DNA of 36,466 nucleotides from a virus (IMGVR_UViG_3300020045_003272:1-36466); one strand, 5' to 3'. Positions 27,381-34,948 are shown, numbered from the stretch's first letter. A program made the numbers and translations. The notes: generated by a model from the letters alone, not told the origin.

Positions 27381-27548
27381 TTATCCATGATTCCTACCAG
27401 TAGCTAATCTTGCTACAATACTTGTAGCTTCTTTTTTACTTACATTATCAAACCAAGTTTCTTTAAATTGACCATTTGTATCGCTAACTTTTACTATTTT
27501 TTTGTCAGAATATTCTTTACTATTTTCTAGTTTAATGATTTTCACCAT
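27381..27548 (-). CDS. Small hypothetical protein, 55 aa (MVKIIKLENSKEYSDKKIVKVSD...)
   Basis: Manual translation; GGGG RBS. Confidence 0.55.
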   Translation of the reverse strand: MVKIIKLENSKEYSDKKIVKVSDTNGQFKETWFDNVSKKEATSIVARLATGRNHG

Positions 27549-27625
27549 ACTAAAACCCCATCTTAATTAATACCCACACCAACACAAATAAACCTATCAT
27601 TATATATGCTTTAGTGTGGAAGTTG

Positions 27626-27832
27626 TTATTGAACATGTATTCCGTTTTTATTTAAGTTATCTATTAATAATTGCCTTCTTTTTTCATCAACAATCATAAT
27701 AACGCCAGCTCTTAATTTAGCTTCCATATCCCTATAAGTAGATGATTTAACTATCATTGCGCCAGCGTGATGCAGCTCCTCATCATCAATGTTAGCGGCG
27801 TTATGTATTGAAGCCTCTTGTTTTATACGCAT
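27626..27832 (-). CDS. Hypothetical protein, 68 aa
   Basis: ORF track; TAATG coupling. Confidence 0.7.
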   Translation of the reverse strand: MRIKQEASIHNAANIDDEELHHAGAMIVKSSTYRDMEAKLRAGVIMIVDEKRRQLLIDNLNKNGIHVQ

Positions 27833-28128
27833 TATATTTCATCCCTATAAAATTCAATATTCTTAATGTTATTTAAACTTGCCATTTCAGCCGCACTAAA
27901 CATTGCTGTATATGAATTGCCAAAACTACTTATGGCATTAGCTACTTCAAGCTTTTTGCGCTCGTAATCTGCAATTTCTTCTTCATTAGGCTTAACAGCC
28001 CAATCTTGACGAAAACAATCCCGAGCAGTTGACTCACGTAAATCATAAACAGAGCATGCTGTAAGCTGTTTTACGATAAAGCCATCCTCACATATTTTCC
28101 TAGTTTGCATCATTTTTACATAAGTCAT
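27832..28128 (-). CDS. Hypothetical protein, 98 aa; first gene of the leftward early operon
   Basis: ORF track; AGAGG RBS; no HTH or S24 peptidase signature. Confidence 0.75.
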   Translation of the reverse strand: MTYVKMMQTRKICEDGFIVKQLTACSVYDLRESTARDCFRQDWAVKPNEEEIADYERKKLEVANAISSFGNSYTAMFSAAEMASLNNIKNIEFYRDEI

Positions 28129-28162
28129 TTTAAACCTCTTTAGTTGTTATTCGGTAAAACCA

Positions 28163-28253
28163 TTTATATACGCTACTAGCGAACAATGCAAGTATTATTT
28201 TAACGCTGACAGCGACTTTTTTAATTGACATATGTAAAACAATAACTTACACT
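28163..28253. promoter_or_regulatory. Divergent early promoters with two CGCT-N3-AGCG operators
   Basis: Leftward TTGCAT-17-TATAAA (28191-28163); rightward TTGACA-17-TACACT (28225-28253); palindromes at 28171-28181 and 28204-28214. Confidence 0.75.
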
Positions 28254-28285
28254 TACTTCAAGTTAAAACAACCAAGGGATGACAG

Positions 28286-28516
28286 GTGAAAGTAGGCGCA
28301 GTTAAATTAAAAAAGTATATATTAGAATCTAAAGAAAAAAACAAAACAATAGATAGTATAGCTAAATCAATAGGTTGTTCGCGCTCTTATTTATTAGAGC
28401 TTGCGAGTGGAAAAAAGAACGCTCCCTCCATAGATATGGCAAACAGGATACAAACTATGACTAGAATAAAAATTAGTGATTGGAGCAAAGATGAGAAAGT
28501 CACCGAAGGAATTTAG
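28286..28516 (+). CDS. Cro-like XRE helix-turn-helix regulator
   Basis: TIDSIAKSIGCSRSYLLELASGKKNAPSIDMA..I; first rightward gene. Confidence 0.85.
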   Translation: MKVGAVKLKKYILESKEKNKTIDSIAKSIGCSRSYLLELASGKKNAPSIDMANRIQTMTRIKISDWSKDEKVTEGI

Positions 28517-28688
28517 GCAATTGCTCGACCACTATAATATAACAGTGGCAGATATTTCGCGCTATTCTGGTATTAGTGATGGTTTAATTTATGACTGGTT
28601 AGCAGGTAGATATAAACCAACTATGAAACAATGTACTTATGATAAAATAATTGAGGCGTATAAGCGATTAAAACAGGGTAAATACTAA
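28491..28688 (+). CDS. Second small HTH regulator; start probably at ATG 28491
   Basis: ITVADISRYSGISDGLIYDWLAGRYKP; GGAG RBS before ATG 28491. Confidence 0.8.
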   Translation: MRKSPKEFRQLLDHYNITVADISRYSGISDGLIYDWLAGRYKPTMKQCTYDKIIEAYKRLKQGKY

Positions 28689-28852
28689 TGAGAACAACGT
28701 CACATGATTTATTAATGGCTGGCTGGCATACGATATATGTCGCTGGCAAGACTTATTGGTCGCATCCTAACTTTAATAATATGGTACGGTTTGTATTAGC
28801 TGTTGCTGTACTAAAAGAACGTGGCGTTGATAAAGATGGGTTTATGATATGA
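28688..28852 (+). CDS. Small hypothetical protein, 54 aa (MRTTSHDLLMAGWHTIYVAGKTYWSHP...)
   Basis: Manual translation; TAATG/ATGA coupling. Confidence 0.6.
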   Translation: MRTTSHDLLMAGWHTIYVAGKTYWSHPNFNNMVRFVLAVAVLKERGVDKDGFMI

Positions 28853-28932
28853 TATATCTAGGCATATTATTATTGATAGTAGTATCGCTTAGTTTTGTGA
28901 AATTTGATGATAATGATTTTTGGGATAAATAA
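28849..28932 (+). CDS. Tiny single-TM peptide MIYLGILLLIVVSLSFVKFDDNDFWDK
   Basis: Manual translation; coupled at both ends. Confidence 0.5.
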   Translation: MIYLGILLLIVVSLSFVKFDDNDFWDK

Positions 28933-29009
28933 TGACAACATTTTATACGGTTTTAATTCTAGGAATAATTTATTGCATAGTATTTGATTATTTTATGGCG
29001 AGGAAATAA
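28932..29009 (+). CDS. Tiny single-TM peptide MTTFYTVLILGIIYCIVFDYFMARK
   Basis: Manual translation; TAATG coupling at both ends. Confidence 0.5.
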   Translation: MTTFYTVLILGIIYCIVFDYFMARK

Positions 29010-29452
29010 TGAAACGCATACAGCATCCTAATATAGCTAAGGTAAATAAGAAGCGTACAGTATACGTTCCTGACTTACTAGAAGAGCAAATACACCTAGC
29101 TATAGCTCAATATCTCGATACAGTGATTAAGCGGCCTTCTAGGTGGCATACAGTTGAAGTTTCTAACCAAGCCAGTGGCTGGCAAGCAATCAATCGTCAA
29201 AAGAAATTAAAGGCTAAGGGAGTTAGAACTGGCTTCCCTGATATAACTATATTCTGGCGGTCATTATACGCAAAGGATGTTTGTGAAGGTCAGTTAAATT
29301 TAATATTCCTAGAAGTTAAAAGCGCAAAAGGAAAGTTGTCAGAAAAACAGGAGGCGCTTCACGAGGAATTAAAAGAAGACGGCCATTATGTATTTGTCGT
29401 GCGTTCAGTAGATGATGTCAAATTAATATTAAACGAGTTAGGTGTTATATGA
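29009..29452 (+). CDS. VRR-NUC domain nuclease (putative junction resolvase)
   Basis: E..I...I..YL...GV..GFPD...FLEVKS.KG.LS..Q...VVRSVDD PD-(D/E)xK motif. Confidence 0.92.
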   Translation: MKRIQHPNIAKVNKKRTVYVPDLLEEQIHLAIAQYLDTVIKRPSRWHTVEVSNQASGWQAINRQKKLKAKGVRTGFPDITIFWRSLYAKDVCEGQLNLIFLEVKSAKGKLSEKQEALHEELKEDGHYVFVVRSVDDVKLILNELGVI

Positions 29453-29649
29453 TAATAGCTTGCAAAGATTGTAAAGAAGAATTTGAATGCAGAACGCACG
29501 CGTTACGCTGCCATATATGCCGACCAATCGCAGCAAGAAAACAACAAAAAGCTTATATAATCAAATATGCTAAAGAGAATTCAGCGCTTCTTAAAAAGCG
29601 TCAAGCTTCATACCACACCGACGCAGCTTTAGGCTCTGGATATTTCTAA
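29449..29649 (+). CDS. Small Zn-finger-like protein
   Basis: CKDC...CHIC; ATGA coupling. Confidence 0.7.
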   Translation: MIIACKDCKEEFECRTHALRCHICRPIAARKQQKAYIIKYAKENSALLKKRQASYHTDAALGSGYF

Positions 29650-29655
29650 GATAAT

Positions 29656-29870
29656 CCCCCACCTGTTTACTAGAATAATCTAAAACGGTGGGGGTGATAG
29701 CCCTATATGCTATTTACGAGCGACCTACGGAAGCCCACACATAAGGAACTTATACCAACCATACACCATAGCGTATAGTACACCTTTCGGCGTGTGTTCC
29801 GTAGCGGGAATGTTTTTGCCGACCTCCCACCACAAGCGAGCAAACTTAGTACCAATAATAATACCAAGGA
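29656..29870 (-). ncRNA. Putative ~215-nt structured RNA (multibranch core plus terminal hairpin)
   Basis: Several nested inverted repeats; GAAA tetraloop and most G-U pairs favour the minus strand; own promoter at 29878-29905. Confidence 0.55.
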
Positions 29871-29877
29871 TAAACAG

Positions 29878-29906
29878 ATTATATCAAACCGTGATAAATT
29901 GTCACG
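29878..29906 (-). promoter_or_regulatory. Extended -10 promoter GTGACA-16-(TGA)TATAAT with palindrome CGTGA-N7-TCACG over the -35
   Basis: Direct reading of the minus strand; palindrome at 29890-29906. Confidence 0.6.
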
Positions 29907-30032
29907 CGTTATCTAAAGTTGCAAAAATACCACCCCTAATATAATTTATAAAAATAATGCAAACTAATAGTTGACTCTATTACTACAACTGTTTATTACT
30001 TGGGAGGCGAGGTTTTCAATTAGGAGGTTATT

Positions 30033-30167
30033 ATGATTAAAACTATACGGTTCTATTTATCTATGGCATTTCTATTTGTAGTAATATGGACTTATGGCTT
30101 TTATCTGCCAAACACTAAGTTAGAAAATTGCGCTAATATTTTATGTTTAAACAATTTAGGAGAATAG
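30033..30167 (+). CDS. Small membrane protein, 44 aa (MIKTIRFYLSMAFLFVVIWTYGFYLP...)
   Basis: Manual translation; AGGAGG RBS; TTGACT at 29971 upstream. Confidence 0.65.
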   Translation: MIKTIRFYLSMAFLFVVIWTYGFYLPNTKLENCANILCLNNLGE

Positions 30168-30168
30168 C

Positions 30169-30534
30169 ATGTCAAGAATAGATGAGAATAATGTAGAAGC
30201 TGATAGATTTATCGCTGCTAAAGTAAAAGAATCGCGTTTACTAACTGGCCTTTCTAAACAGCAGTTAGCAACGTTAATTAACGTGACTCACCAGCAATTG
30301 GATAAATACGAACGCGGTGCAAATAGATTGTCTGGAGGCCGTATCGTATCGATTGCAAGGGCTTTAAGTAAGCCTATAGCGTTCTTTTTTGATGGTATAG
30401 ATGGGTTGTCAGTTGAAGAGAATGAGAACGACAGATTTATTATGCTACTTGCAAGAGAGGGTAGAAAAATATCAAACCGTATGCAGCGACAAGCTATTTT
30501 AGACATAATGAAAACAATGAACAAAGGTAAGTGA
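30169..30534 (+). CDS. XRE-family HTH regulator of alphaproteobacterial type
   Basis: D..I...V...R...GLS.QQLA..I.VTHQQL.KYERGANRLS.GR...IA.AL..P..FFFDG. Confidence 0.92.
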   Translation: MSRIDENNVEADRFIAAKVKESRLLTGLSKQQLATLINVTHQQLDKYERGANRLSGGRIVSIARALSKPIAFFFDGIDGLSVEENENDRFIMLLAREGRKISNRMQRQAILDIMKTMNKGK

Positions 30535-30535
30535 A

Positions 30536-30616
30536 ATGAATAACCGTACAGAATGGGTATTAGTATTTCTCATCATTAGTTTTTTATTATCGTATGTATA
30601 TTTTTTTTATAATTAG
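30536..30616 (+). CDS. Tiny single-TM peptide MNNRTEWVLVFLIISFLLSYVYFFYN
   Basis: Manual translation; AAGG RBS. Confidence 0.45.
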   Translation: MNNRTEWVLVFLIISFLLSYVYFFYN

Positions 30617-30625
30617 GAGTTTAAA

Positions 30626-30823
30626 ATGACGTATTTTTTATTATTACCAATAATTGAACAAAGTTTAAATAATGACGTATTTGCAGCATTGGTGTTATTT
30701 TTGATTGGTTTAGGTTTTGGGACTACATTAATTATATTAATCAATGGTATAGCTTTTTTAGTTGAGAAATTATCTATTAAAATAACACGTTATCAGAAAC
30801 TTAAAAACAGTTTACATAATTAA
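30626..30823 (+). CDS. Small membrane protein, 65 aa
   Basis: ORF track; AGGAG RBS; long hydrophobic stretch. Confidence 0.65.
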   Translation: MTYFLLLPIIEQSLNNDVFAALVLFLIGLGFGTTLIILINGIAFLVEKLSIKITRYQKLKNSLHN

Positions 30824-30839
30824 ACTTATTAGTTAGAAT
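30811..30839 (+). promoter_or_regulatory. Sigma70 promoter TTTACA-17-TAGAAT for the replication operon
   Basis: Near-consensus hexamers with 17-nt spacer. Confidence 0.7.
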
Positions 30840-30845
30840 AGTGGT

Positions 30846-30950
30846 TTCTTGATGCTATTCAAGTGGAGAGGGCAACACCGTTTGCAAGCGGAGCAGTTTA
30901 TGGGCTGCTAGTTGCCCCTCTTTTTCCCATAAATAACGCTCAACCATAAG
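30846..30950 (+). ncRNA. Three-way-junction leader RNA (C4/CI-like architecture) ending in a U-tract
   Basis: Outer stem AGAGGGCAAC/GTTGCCCTCT encloses two hairpins; TTTATGGG is complementary to CCCATAAA (30926-33) and partly to CCATAA (30944-49). Confidence 0.65.
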
Positions 30951-30958
30951 AGGCGATA

Positions 30959-31717
30959 ATGAATATCATAGAATGGCGTAATTTTCTTTGTTTGGATGAA
31001 AGTATATCATCGAGAGCAAAACACATAGGATTAACCCTGTCATTATTCTATCGTCAAGATAAACGCACATACCCCACAATAGATACACTTTGCGAATGGA
31101 CTTCGCTTGCTCCTAATACTGTTTCAGGAGCATTAAAGGATTTACAAAAAGGCGGCTTCATAGAGATAAAATCATATAGATTACCTAATGCAAAGTTCAG
31201 AGGGCATGAATATATCTTTTGCGGAGTGTTAAGCGATTGTAATATAAAAGAAAAAGAGCCACAACACGCAAATTTTGCGCCCACTGCTGAAGCTGCAATT
31301 GAACCTGCAAATGAAGCTGCAAATGAAGCTGCAATTGAACCCTCAAATTTTGCGTATAAAATAGAGGAAATAGAAGAAGAGAAGAAAAAGAATATAAAGA
31401 AAGAAGGCAACTTCGTTTTGCCCTTGCCTGATTGGTTACCTATGGATGATTGGAAAGATTATCTTGAGATGAGAAATAAAAAGGGAAAAGGGAAAGCAAC
31501 AAATCGAGCGCAGCAATTAGTCATAGTCAAATTGGATGAGTTGCGAACTTCAGGACAAGACCCCTCAAAGGTATTACAGCAATCAATAATTAATAACTGG
31601 ACAAGCGTTTTTGAAATAAAAGGAAATTACAATGGAAACAACAATCAAGACAAACACCAACGAACTCTCGAAGCAGCAACAAGGGGACATATGCGAGCGC
31701 AAAATCCAGACTTCTAA
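30959..31717 (+). CDS. Replication initiator (lambda-O-like: N-terminal wHTH, C-terminal replisome-organiser domain)
   Basis: YPTI.TL...T.L...TV..AL..L...GFI; LPDWL....W..Y..MR...VL.QSI.N.W..VF; internal iterons. Confidence 0.85.
   Translation: MNIIEWRNFLCLDESISSRAKHIGLTLSLFYRQDKRTYPTIDTLCEWTSLAPNTVSGALKDLQKGGFIEIKSYRLPNAKFRGHEYIFCGVLSDCNIKEKEPQHANFAPTAEAAIEPANEAANEAAIEPSNFAYKIEEIEEEKKKNIKKEGNFVLPLPDWLPMDDWKDYLEMRNKKGKGKATNRAQQLVIVKLDELRTSGQDPSKVLQQSIINNWTSVFEIKGNYNGNNNQDKHQRTLEAATRGHMRAQNPDF
31267..31408. other. Putative replication origin: 4.5 x 12-bp iterons, flanking CAAATTTTGCG boxes and a purine/A-rich tract
   Basis: TGAA(G/C)CTGCAA(A/T) tandem at 31288-31341 inside the initiator gene, as in lambdoid origins. 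Confidence 0.75.
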
Positions 31718-32015
31718 CGAAGACCAGAAGAAGTTAACTAGATTCGTTACGACTTGCTATGAGGCTTTAAACATCTATGGAAAATCTCCTGAGCAGTTAG
31801 AAGCTATTATCATGCTTATGCAAATGATTTTAAAAAACGAATCGTATTACATGATAAAAAGAGGTTTTGAAAAGCATATAAGGCAAAGCTCTGTAATGCC
31901 GACACCTCATGATATTTTAAACGCCATATCAATGATAAAACTTGAGGATATGTGCGAAGAAAGCAGATTAAACAGAATTAATGGAGCACAGAAATGTATT
32001 ACTACGAATTCGTAA
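31632..32015 (+). CDS. Possible helicase loader/inhibitor-like protein
   Basis: Follows the initiator; helical protein with F..H...S..MPTP.DI motif. Confidence 0.5.
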   Translation: METTIKTNTNELSKQQQGDICERKIQTSNEDQKKLTRFVTTCYEALNIYGKSPEQLEAIIMLMQMILKNESYYMIKRGFEKHIRQSSVMPTPHDILNAISMIKLEDMCEESRLNRINGAQKCITTNS

Positions 32016-32497
32016 ACAACCTAAACCAATTATATAAACCGTCATTAACTGGCGACCAGATGCCATTTTATAATACGTTTCTTCAGGGATATTCAGAGAG
32101 GTTTTTGGATATCCTGTGGGAAAGTACAATGCAAATGCATTTAAAAACATCAGTCCCATCTATAGGTGAATTAAATAAATATAGTGCTGGCATTACGATA
32201 GCTTCAGAGCGTCCAGTGCCGCAAAAGATGCTTACTGATGAAGAGATATTAGATACCCAGTTAGGGAGGTTATCTTTGAGGCAGGGCTGGGCTAGTAGTT
32301 ATGTTTTTTATTGCCAAGAACGCGGTATTCCAAGTCAAGATGATGATATGCTACTTTATTTTCAGAAGGCGCAAGATGACGCAAAAAGAGGTTTTGAAAC
32401 ATTATCCGAATCAGATGGATGGGATAGGCCGTTAATAAAACTCTATAATTCAATGCGTGAAAAAAATGCAGAATATCAAGCTAAGTATTTGATTTAA
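31994..32497 (+). CDS. Hypothetical protein, 167 aa (replication module)
   Basis: ORF track; GGAG RBS. Confidence 0.7.
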   Translation: MYYYEFVNNLNQLYKPSLTGDQMPFYNTFLQGYSERFLDILWESTMQMHLKTSVPSIGELNKYSAGITIASERPVPQKMLTDEEILDTQLGRLSLRQGWASSYVFYCQERGIPSQDDDMLLYFQKAQDDAKRGFETLSESDGWDRPLIKLYNSMREKNAEYQAKYLI

Positions 32498-32523
32498 CAA
32501 CATAGGCTAGAACAGGAGAGTAT

Positions 32524-32712
32524 ATGAACTACGAAAAGCAAACACAAGTACGTGAACGCCTTCTAAAGCATTATCGGTTATATCTCGAAGAAGGATATGG
32601 AAAGATATACTCGACAAAATGCGCTATCCGTGAGCTTAAAGCGGAGTTAATAGACGAGGGTTTGGATAATGACGTGGTGAATGAGTTGATAAAAAATGCA
32701 CAGAAGCGATAA
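32524..32712 (+). CDS. Hypothetical protein, 62 aa
   Basis: ORF track; AGGAG RBS. Confidence 0.7.
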   Translation: MNYEKQTQVRERLLKHYRLYLEEGYGKIYSTKCAIRELKAELIDEGLDNDVVNELIKNAQKR

Positions 32713-32720
32713 ATAAGCAC

Positions 32721-32749
32721 TTGACTATTGCAACGGCGTTGCGTATGAT
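32721..32749 (+). promoter_or_regulatory. Sigma70 promoter TTGACT-17-TATGAT with spacer palindrome GCAAC-N3-GTTGC
   Basis: Direct reading; palindrome at 32730-32742. Confidence 0.8.
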
Positions 32750-32773
32750 GGGTTTATCAAATAAGAGGTTTAA

Positions 32774-32905
32774 ATGGCTAAATCATCAACAGAGCGTTCT
32801 AGGGAATGCCGAGAGCGTAAAAAGTCAGGTTTTGTTTTGGAGGTGTTTAAGATACGTCCAGAATGGAAACAAGTAATATTGGATTACATAAAGGGGTTGA
32901 AATAG
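32774..32905 (+). CDS. Small basic putative DNA-binding protein, 43 aa (MAKSSTERSRECRERKKSGFVLEVFKIRPEWKQVILDYIKGLK)
   Basis: Manual translation; AGAGG RBS; basic helix-strand-helix pattern; directly after the promoter. Confidence 0.7.
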   Translation: MAKSSTERSRECRERKKSGFVLEVFKIRPEWKQVILDYIKGLK

Positions 32906-33001
32906 CGTTTAAACCGCCCAAACTTGCCCATACAGCAATAAACGGGCTGCGTTTGATAGATTAAAGCCAAAAGATAAAACATAACGTTAAAGAGAGGATA
33001 T

Positions 33002-33718
33002 ATGACAGTAATAAAAGATTTTATAGATATGATGGAAATAGCCATTGAAGATGATAAGCGTGATTTTAAACACAATCCCACCCAATTTAATAAAATATAT
33101 TTATCATGTAGGGAGGATATTACTCATTCTATTGAATACATCGCCCTCAAAGCCCAATTAGAACAAAAGATAGTAGTTACTGATGAGATTCTTTGCGCTG
33201 CGATGGATGCTCATAGAAAATATTTAATTACTAACTACACTAGACTAGAAAGATTGCAAGGTATTGATGGTTTTAGAGCGTGGCGTGCAGCCCTTGAAGC
33301 TGTATTTGAATTAGTTAGTATGCAGTATAATAGCGACAAGGAACTTAGTGTACAAGATAATATCAACAAGGAAGAAAAGCCCCTAAATGATGGGTGGATA
33401 CCGAATACATCGAAGCGACAACCTGTAGGCGATGCTGAAATGGTAGAGGTAAAATTTAGGAACGGCACTTTTGCCATTTGTGAAGCTTGCGAATGGAATT
33501 GGGATGCAGAAGGCGAAGGTGAAATAATAGCATATCGTATAATGCTAGAGCCTGAGAAGGAATGCACATGTAATGCAAATCTATACAGCGGTCAATTACA
33601 GCATATATGCCAGAAATGTAATAAACATAAAAAACCATATTTAATTAAACGTGCTTACAATGATGAGAAGCTTACATTTGCATTAATCAGTGAATACCTA
33701 GAACAGAGGCTTAAATAA
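33002..33718 (+). CDS. Mosaic hypothetical protein, 238 aa
   Basis: ORF track; contains a GWI...PV.....VEV.FRNG...W.W.....I.AYR domain and C-terminal Cys pairs. Confidence 0.75.
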   Translation: MTVIKDFIDMMEIAIEDDKRDFKHNPTQFNKIYLSCREDITHSIEYIALKAQLEQKIVVTDEILCAAMDAHRKYLITNYTRLERLQGIDGFRAWRAALEAVFELVSMQYNSDKELSVQDNINKEEKPLNDGWIPNTSKRQPVGDAEMVEVKFRNGTFAICEACEWNWDAEGEGEIIAYRIMLEPEKECTCNANLYSGQLQHICQKCNKHKKPYLIKRAYNDEKLTFALISEYLEQRLK

Positions 33719-33777
33719 TGGATATATGGGACTTTCAAGAAGCTATTAACGAAGAAAATAGATTAGATGGGTAGGAT

Positions 33778-34068
33778 ATGAGTGAAGACATAAAACAGCG
33801 GATTGATGTAATTAACGGCCTTAATAATTGTTATATTTGCACATTATCAATTGATTTAAATAATAATGATGAATGGTATACTCCTATAAAGAAAACTAAT
33901 TGGAAAGAAATTCGAGAATTACTAAAAGAACTAACAGTACGAGAGGAAAAGCTTGTTGAGGCATTACAAGACGTTGTTAATTTAGTGCGAAATTGTCATG
34001 ATTGTATAGAACTTTCTGACGATGAAGAATTAAAAACTACACTCAGAGAATTTGGAATAGAGGAATAA
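33778..34068 (+). CDS. Hypothetical protein, 96 aa
   Basis: ORF track. Confidence 0.7.
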   Translation: MSEDIKQRIDVINGLNNCYICTLSIDLNNNDEWYTPIKKTNWKEIRELLKELTVREEKLVEALQDVVNLVRNCHDCIELSDDEELKTTLREFGIEE

Positions 34069-34069
34069 T

Positions 34070-34399
34070 ATGACATACGATTTTGAAAAAGATGTGGAGA
34101 ATGCCGCAGTTAATTGTCGCCGTTCTTATCTCAATAAAGCAAGAGCAGCCCTATCCGCCTCCTCCGCTGTGCAAGAACTTAAAGAACTACAAGAGCGTTA
34201 TGATGCGCTTGTGAGGGATGAGTGGGTAAACATCGAGGATAAATTACCTAATACACAGGAAGTGAATTATCTAGTTCTTAGCAAGAACTATGGCTATCAA
34301 ATCGGGTATTATGCGCCGTCATTGAAAGGGCTCTCGCCCAGATTCGATATAGTTGACGTGATATTTTGGAAGCCTCTAACACCACCTAAGAAGGATTAG
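34070..34399 (+). CDS. DUF551-domain protein
   Basis: EWV.IEDKLP...YLV...V..W.PL..P C-terminal motif. Confidence 0.8.
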   Translation: MTYDFEKDVENAAVNCRRSYLNKARAALSASSAVQELKELQERYDALVRDEWVNIEDKLPNTQEVNYLVLSKNYGYQIGYYAPSLKGLSPRFDIVDVIFWKPLTPPKKD

Positions 34400-34401
34400 C
34401 T

Positions 34402-34761
34402 ATGACTGATAAACTAAAGAACTGCCCGTTTTGCGGAAGTGAGCATATCTCATATCAATTTGCAGAAAGAATGAAGCCGCAACCGCATTTTGTTGCGTGC
34501 CTAACGTGTGGTGCAACTGGTAGATATACGCAAGAAAAATGGTATGCATTACAATCTTGGAACAGCCGCGCTTCTAACACACAAATAGAATCCCTCACCG
34601 CCCAGCTTGAAGAGGCTACAAAGGCTTTGGAGTTTTATGCTGACAAAAGTAATTATAACGATGGCGGCCCAGATAATTACGGTGGAAGGTATGAGTGTAC
34701 AATTGAGGATGATAATGGACAGGTAGCAGAGCAAGCACTATCTACAATAAGAGGTAAGTAA
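34402..34761 (+). CDS. Lar-family restriction-alleviation-like protein with C-terminal extension
   Basis: LKNCPFCG...V.C..CGA.G...WNSR signature. Confidence 0.85.
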   Translation: MTDKLKNCPFCGSEHISYQFAERMKPQPHFVACLTCGATGRYTQEKWYALQSWNSRASNTQIESLTAQLEEATKALEFYADKSNYNDGGPDNYGGRYECTIEDDNGQVAEQALSTIRGK

Positions 34762-34947
34762 ATGTATTATAGAAAACCTTCAAAAGAAGAGGAAGAAATG
34801 TGGGAAAGGATAAGAGCAGAGCCACCACGCAAACCTGAAGTAAAAATCGGCGCATTTGGTAGATTTAAAGATGGTAAAATGATATGGTTTAAGAGCCTTG
34901 AAGAATGGGAAAATTCATTTAGAGCTTTAACAATAAGAGGTAAGTAA
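34744..34947. repeat. 18-bp direct repeats ACAATAAGAGGTAAGTAA (34744-34761 and 34930-34947)
   Basis: Exact match; both proteins end in TIRGK*. Confidence 0.9.
34762..34947 (+). CDS. Hypothetical protein, 61 aa, bounded by 18-bp repeats
   Basis: ORF track; GAGG RBS supplied by the repeat. Confidence 0.7.
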   Translation: MYYRKPSKEEEEMWERIRAEPPRKPEVKIGAFGRFKDGKMIWFKSLEEWENSFRALTIRGK

Positions 34948-34948
34948 T

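Noticed and set aside
29703-29867. Minus-strand frame with a lipobox-like LSLLAC-GG
   Set aside because: Only a TTG start with no RBS and no basic n-region; the RNA-structure explanation is stronger.
31288-31341. Tandem repeats as a CRISPR array
   Set aside because: 12-bp head-to-tail units without spacers, in frame within the initiator gene; no cas genes.
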